DNA of 64,000 bases, taken from contig CAYXWH010000001.1 of the NCBI GenBank assembly GCA_964468755.1, forward strand, positions 15,148 through 79,147, written 5' to 3'. Position 1 is the first letter of the stretch; each line of letters begins with the position of its first letter. Made by a program: the position numbers and the translations under genes. Below, in pieces: positions 62,039 to 64,000 of the stretch. Origin of the DNA: an uncultured Dehalococcoidaceae bacterium. Its GTDB lineage: Bacteria; Chloroflexota; Dehalococcoidia; Dehalococcoidales; RBG-16-60-22. A model generated the notes under the pieces. The model saw only the letters and a program-made list of their open reading frames with translations. It had not been told where the DNA came from and ran no database searches.

Positions 62039-62067
62039 TTGACACATTCAGTCTCAGGGTTTATAAT
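62039..62067 (+). promoter_or_regulatory. consensus sigma70 promoter TTGACA-17-TATAAT driving the tRNA pair
   Basis: The -35 is at 62039-62044 and the -10 at 62062-62067. The first tRNA starts at 62079. Confidence 0.7.
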
Positions 62068-62078
62068 TTTGAGTGTGT

Positions 62079-62152
62079 TGGGGAGTAGTCTAGCGGTAGG
62101 ACAGCGGACTCTGGATCCGTCAGCGAAGGTTCGAATCCTTCCTCCCCAGCCA
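62079..62152 (+). tRNA. tRNA-Gln (anticodon CUG), CCA encoded
   Basis: Manual cloverleaf: acceptor TGGGGAG/CTCCCCA, D arm GTCT/GGAC, anticodon stem GCGGA/TCCGT with loop CTCTGGA, T arm GAAGG-TTCGAAT-CCTTC. Confidence 0.9.
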
Positions 62153-62163
62153 GAAAATCAGAT

Positions 62164-62239
62164 GGCGCATTCGTCTAGCGGTTAGGACACCTCCCTCTCA
62201 AGGAGGAGATCACCGGTTCGAATCCGGTATGCGCTACCA
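62164..62239 (+). tRNA. tRNA-Glu (anticodon CUC), CCA encoded
   Basis: Manual cloverleaf: acceptor GGCGCAT/ATGCGCT (G1-U72 wobble), anticodon stem CCTCC/GGAGG with loop CTCTCAA, T arm ACCGG-TTCGAAT-CCGGT. Confidence 0.9.
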
Positions 62240-62253
62240 ACTGGATTTGAAGG

Positions 62254-62287
62254 AAGCACGGCGGAGAGACCGTGCTTATTGGTTTTT
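62254..62287 (+). terminator. rho-independent terminator after the tRNA pair
   Basis: The 8-bp stem AAGCACGG / CCGTGCTT has an 8-nt loop, followed by ATTGGTTTTT. Confidence 0.65.
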
Positions 62288-62445
62288 AGTAGTCAGATGC
62301 TTAAAACACCGGCCCGGAATGCTTCCGGTGCAGACTATCAGTGAGATTTAAAATCCCTGACAGGCTTGGGCAGTCACCTGCGCGGACTTGCCCCCAAACC
62401 CGTACTATACTACACTATCAGCGACCACATAAGTGAGCTACGGCA

Positions 62446-62781
62446 ATGTCCCAGATAACCTATGATGATTTCGAAAAGGTTGCCATCCACGTGGGCAGGA
62501 TTATCCGGGTCGAAGACTTCCCCAAAACGAGGAATCCCGCCTACAAGCTCTGGATAGACTTCGGCAACCTCGGAGTAAAAAAGTCGAGTGCTCAGATTAC
62601 CCGCCTCTACAACCGGGACGAACTGGTGGGCAGGCTTGTTCTGGCAGTTACCAACTTCCCGCCGCGACAGATTGCCGATTTTATGTCCGAAGTACTCATA
62701 CTTGGTGTCGTCCTTGATGACGGTGCCGTGGTCCTGGTGCAGCCCGACCGCGATGTCCCCCCCGGCACGCGAGTGCTTTGA
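62446..62781 (+). CDS. csaA: tRNA-binding (EMAP/CsaA-type OB-fold) protein
   Basis: 111 aa. ITYDDFEKVAIHVGRIIRVEDFPKTRNPAYKLWIDFG matches the CsaA family pattern. Confidence 0.8.
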   Translation: MSQITYDDFEKVAIHVGRIIRVEDFPKTRNPAYKLWIDFGNLGVKKSSAQITRLYNRDELVGRLVLAVTNFPPRQIADFMSEVLILGVVLDDGAVVLVQPDRDVPPGTRVL

Positions 62782-62912
62782 CCGCAAACACAATTTTTTT
62801 CATGTAATTGGGCGAACCGGGGGCATATTTATTCTTGACAAATAGCCAACTGTATACTAATATTTATCCGTTATACCTAGATTATCTATGTAATAAGGAA
62901 GTCTAGGCGTAA

Positions 62913-63350
62913 ATGGGAATTGGCAGTAGTGCTTATTTATTTGGAATGGAAAGAATAGAGTATTCTCAACTGAACCAGGGCTACGAATTTCCCCGTACCG
63001 TTTACCGGATAGACTCCACAATGGTTGCTGATTACCTCGGGGTGATTGGCGAGACCAATACGGTATATCGGGATACCGGCTTAGTTCCGCCGATGGCGGT
63101 GGCTGCCCTAGCTATGGCGCAATTATCCGGGAACCTTTCCTTCCCCGCCGGGGCGATTCACGTCTCCCAGACATTTCAATTTCACCGGCTCGCCAGCATT
63201 CAAGACAGTTTCACCAGTTGCGCCAGAGTGAGCCGGAAACACGGTCGTGGCAAGCTGCGGCTGATGACCATCGCTATTGATGTGTATAACCAAAAAAAGG
63301 GCCGGGTAGTATCCGGAGAAACCACCTTTTTACTTCCCGCTTCGGACTAA
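62913..63350 (+). CDS. hotdog-fold MaoC-like dehydratase, N-terminal-type subunit
   Basis: 145 aa, adjacent to and the same size as the canonical MaoC gene. This two-subunit (R)-hydratase arrangement is known from other bacteria. Confidence 0.55.
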   Translation: MGIGSSAYLFGMERIEYSQLNQGYEFPRTVYRIDSTMVADYLGVIGETNTVYRDTGLVPPMAVAALAMAQLSGNLSFPAGAIHVSQTFQFHRLASIQDSFTSCARVSRKHGRGKLRLMTIAIDVYNQKKGRVVSGETTFLLPASD

Positions 63351-63359
63351 GAGGACTGG

Positions 63360-63797
63360 ATGATGTTTGCCGTTTCTGAATTAAAGGAAGGACTGGAATT
63401 ACCCCGGCTGACCAAGCCCGTCAGCCAGGAGAACATCAACCGCTATGCTGAGGTGAGCCGGGATTTTAACCCCATCCACATTGACGCCGAGTACGCCGGC
63501 AAGACGCCCCTCGGCGGTACCATTGCCCACGGCATGTTAGTTCTGGCTTATGTCTCGCAGATGATGACCGATGCCTTCGGTCGGCACTGGGTTACCGGCG
63601 GTGAGCTTACGGTCCGTTTTAAAGCCCCGGCCCGTCCCGGCGATACACTAACCGTCGGCGGTCAGATATGCCGGGTTCACAGCAGCGATGACCGGGAACA
63701 GGTCACCTGTGAGGTATTCTGTATCAACCAGAACGGTGAAACGGTACTTACCGGAGATACATCAGTGAGGTTCAGGAAAAATGAAAATAGCCGTTGA
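63360..63797 (+). CDS. MaoC family (R)-specific enoyl-CoA hydratase/dehydratase
   Basis: The hydratase motif is DFNPIHIDAEYAGKTPLGGTIAHGML. Confidence 0.8.
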   Translation: MMFAVSELKEGLELPRLTKPVSQENINRYAEVSRDFNPIHIDAEYAGKTPLGGTIAHGMLVLAYVSQMMTDAFGRHWVTGGELTVRFKAPARPGDTLTVGGQICRVHSSDDREQVTCEVFCINQNGETVLTGDTSVRFRKNENSR

Positions 63798-64000
63798 TGG
63801 TATGGGCGGTGATTACGCCCCTGAAGAGATTGTAAAAGGAGCGATTGCCGGCTCCAGGGAATACGGTGTCCAGGTCGCGCTGGTTGGCCCTTCCGAGACG
63901 ATGGAAAGGGAACTGGCCAAGCACGACCGTTCCGGCGCCGACATTGAGGTAGTCCATGCCTCTGAATATCTGGTTGAGGGCGAACCCCCGGCCTACGCCC
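63781..64000 (+). CDS. plsX: phosphate acyltransferase PlsX, N-terminal part (runs off window end)
   Basis: Translation from ATG 63781 gives MKIAVDGMGGDYAPEEIVKGAIAGSREYGVQVALVGP..., the canonical PlsX N-terminus. It overlaps the MaoC stop. Confidence 0.85.
   Translation, partial: MKIAVDGMGGDYAPEEIVKGAIAGSREYGVQVALVGPSETMERELAKHDRSGADIEVVHASEYLVEGEPPAYA

Noticed and set aside
62079-62239. The tRNA-Gln/tRNA-Glu pair as an integration site marking a genomic-island boundary
   Set aside because: No integrase, direct repeat of the tRNA 3' end or transposase is visible. The tRNAs sit 15 kb from the catabolic island, among housekeeping genes.

Overview
This 64-kb window is densely coding on both strands. 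It probably comes from an anaerobic, Chloroflexota/Dehalococcoidia-like bacterium; that guess rests only on the Pro/Ala/Ser-rich lipoprotein linkers and the gene content. I found no rRNA, CRISPR array, transposase or integrase.

Layout:
- 1-9.6 kb: a UspA fragment, a MATE exporter, a PQQ-like beta-propeller and a five-gene Opp/Dpp-type ABC importer.
- 10-47.5 kb: an accessory-looking catabolic island rich in paralogs.
- 48-64 kb: housekeeping genes (rpe, PadR module, DegV-plsY-DegV, pepA, mobA-moeA-mobB, acyP, rnc, tRNA-Gln/tRNA-Glu, csaA, MaoC pair, plsX).

The island contains:
- two ~2-kb inverted AprA-like flavoprotein genes, two near-identical copies of an AprB-like ferredoxin cassette, and a third fumarate-reductase-like flavoprotein
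- an aryl-sulfotransferase-like gene, a URO-D-family gene and two paralogous SDR genes
- an Lrp-linked SDR-cupin-hydroxyacyl dehydrogenase-BKACE operon
- a pyrogallol-transhydroxylase-like AthL/BthL pair with an extra membrane protein
- a Tat-less molybdoenzyme/FeS/NrfD operon and a TorD-like chaperone
- two inverted MFS paralogs around a TauE/SafE module
- acetoacetyl-CoA synthetase, and an ADP-forming acetyl-CoA synthetase coupled to a Pta-N-like protein

Main hypotheses:
1. The island is an anaerobic trihydroxybenzene/polyphenol-to-acetate pathway.
2. The AprAB-like enzymes are not APS reductases and may represent undescribed reductive organosulfate or organosulfur chemistry.

All homology calls come from motif reading and memory of characterised proteins, not from database searches.
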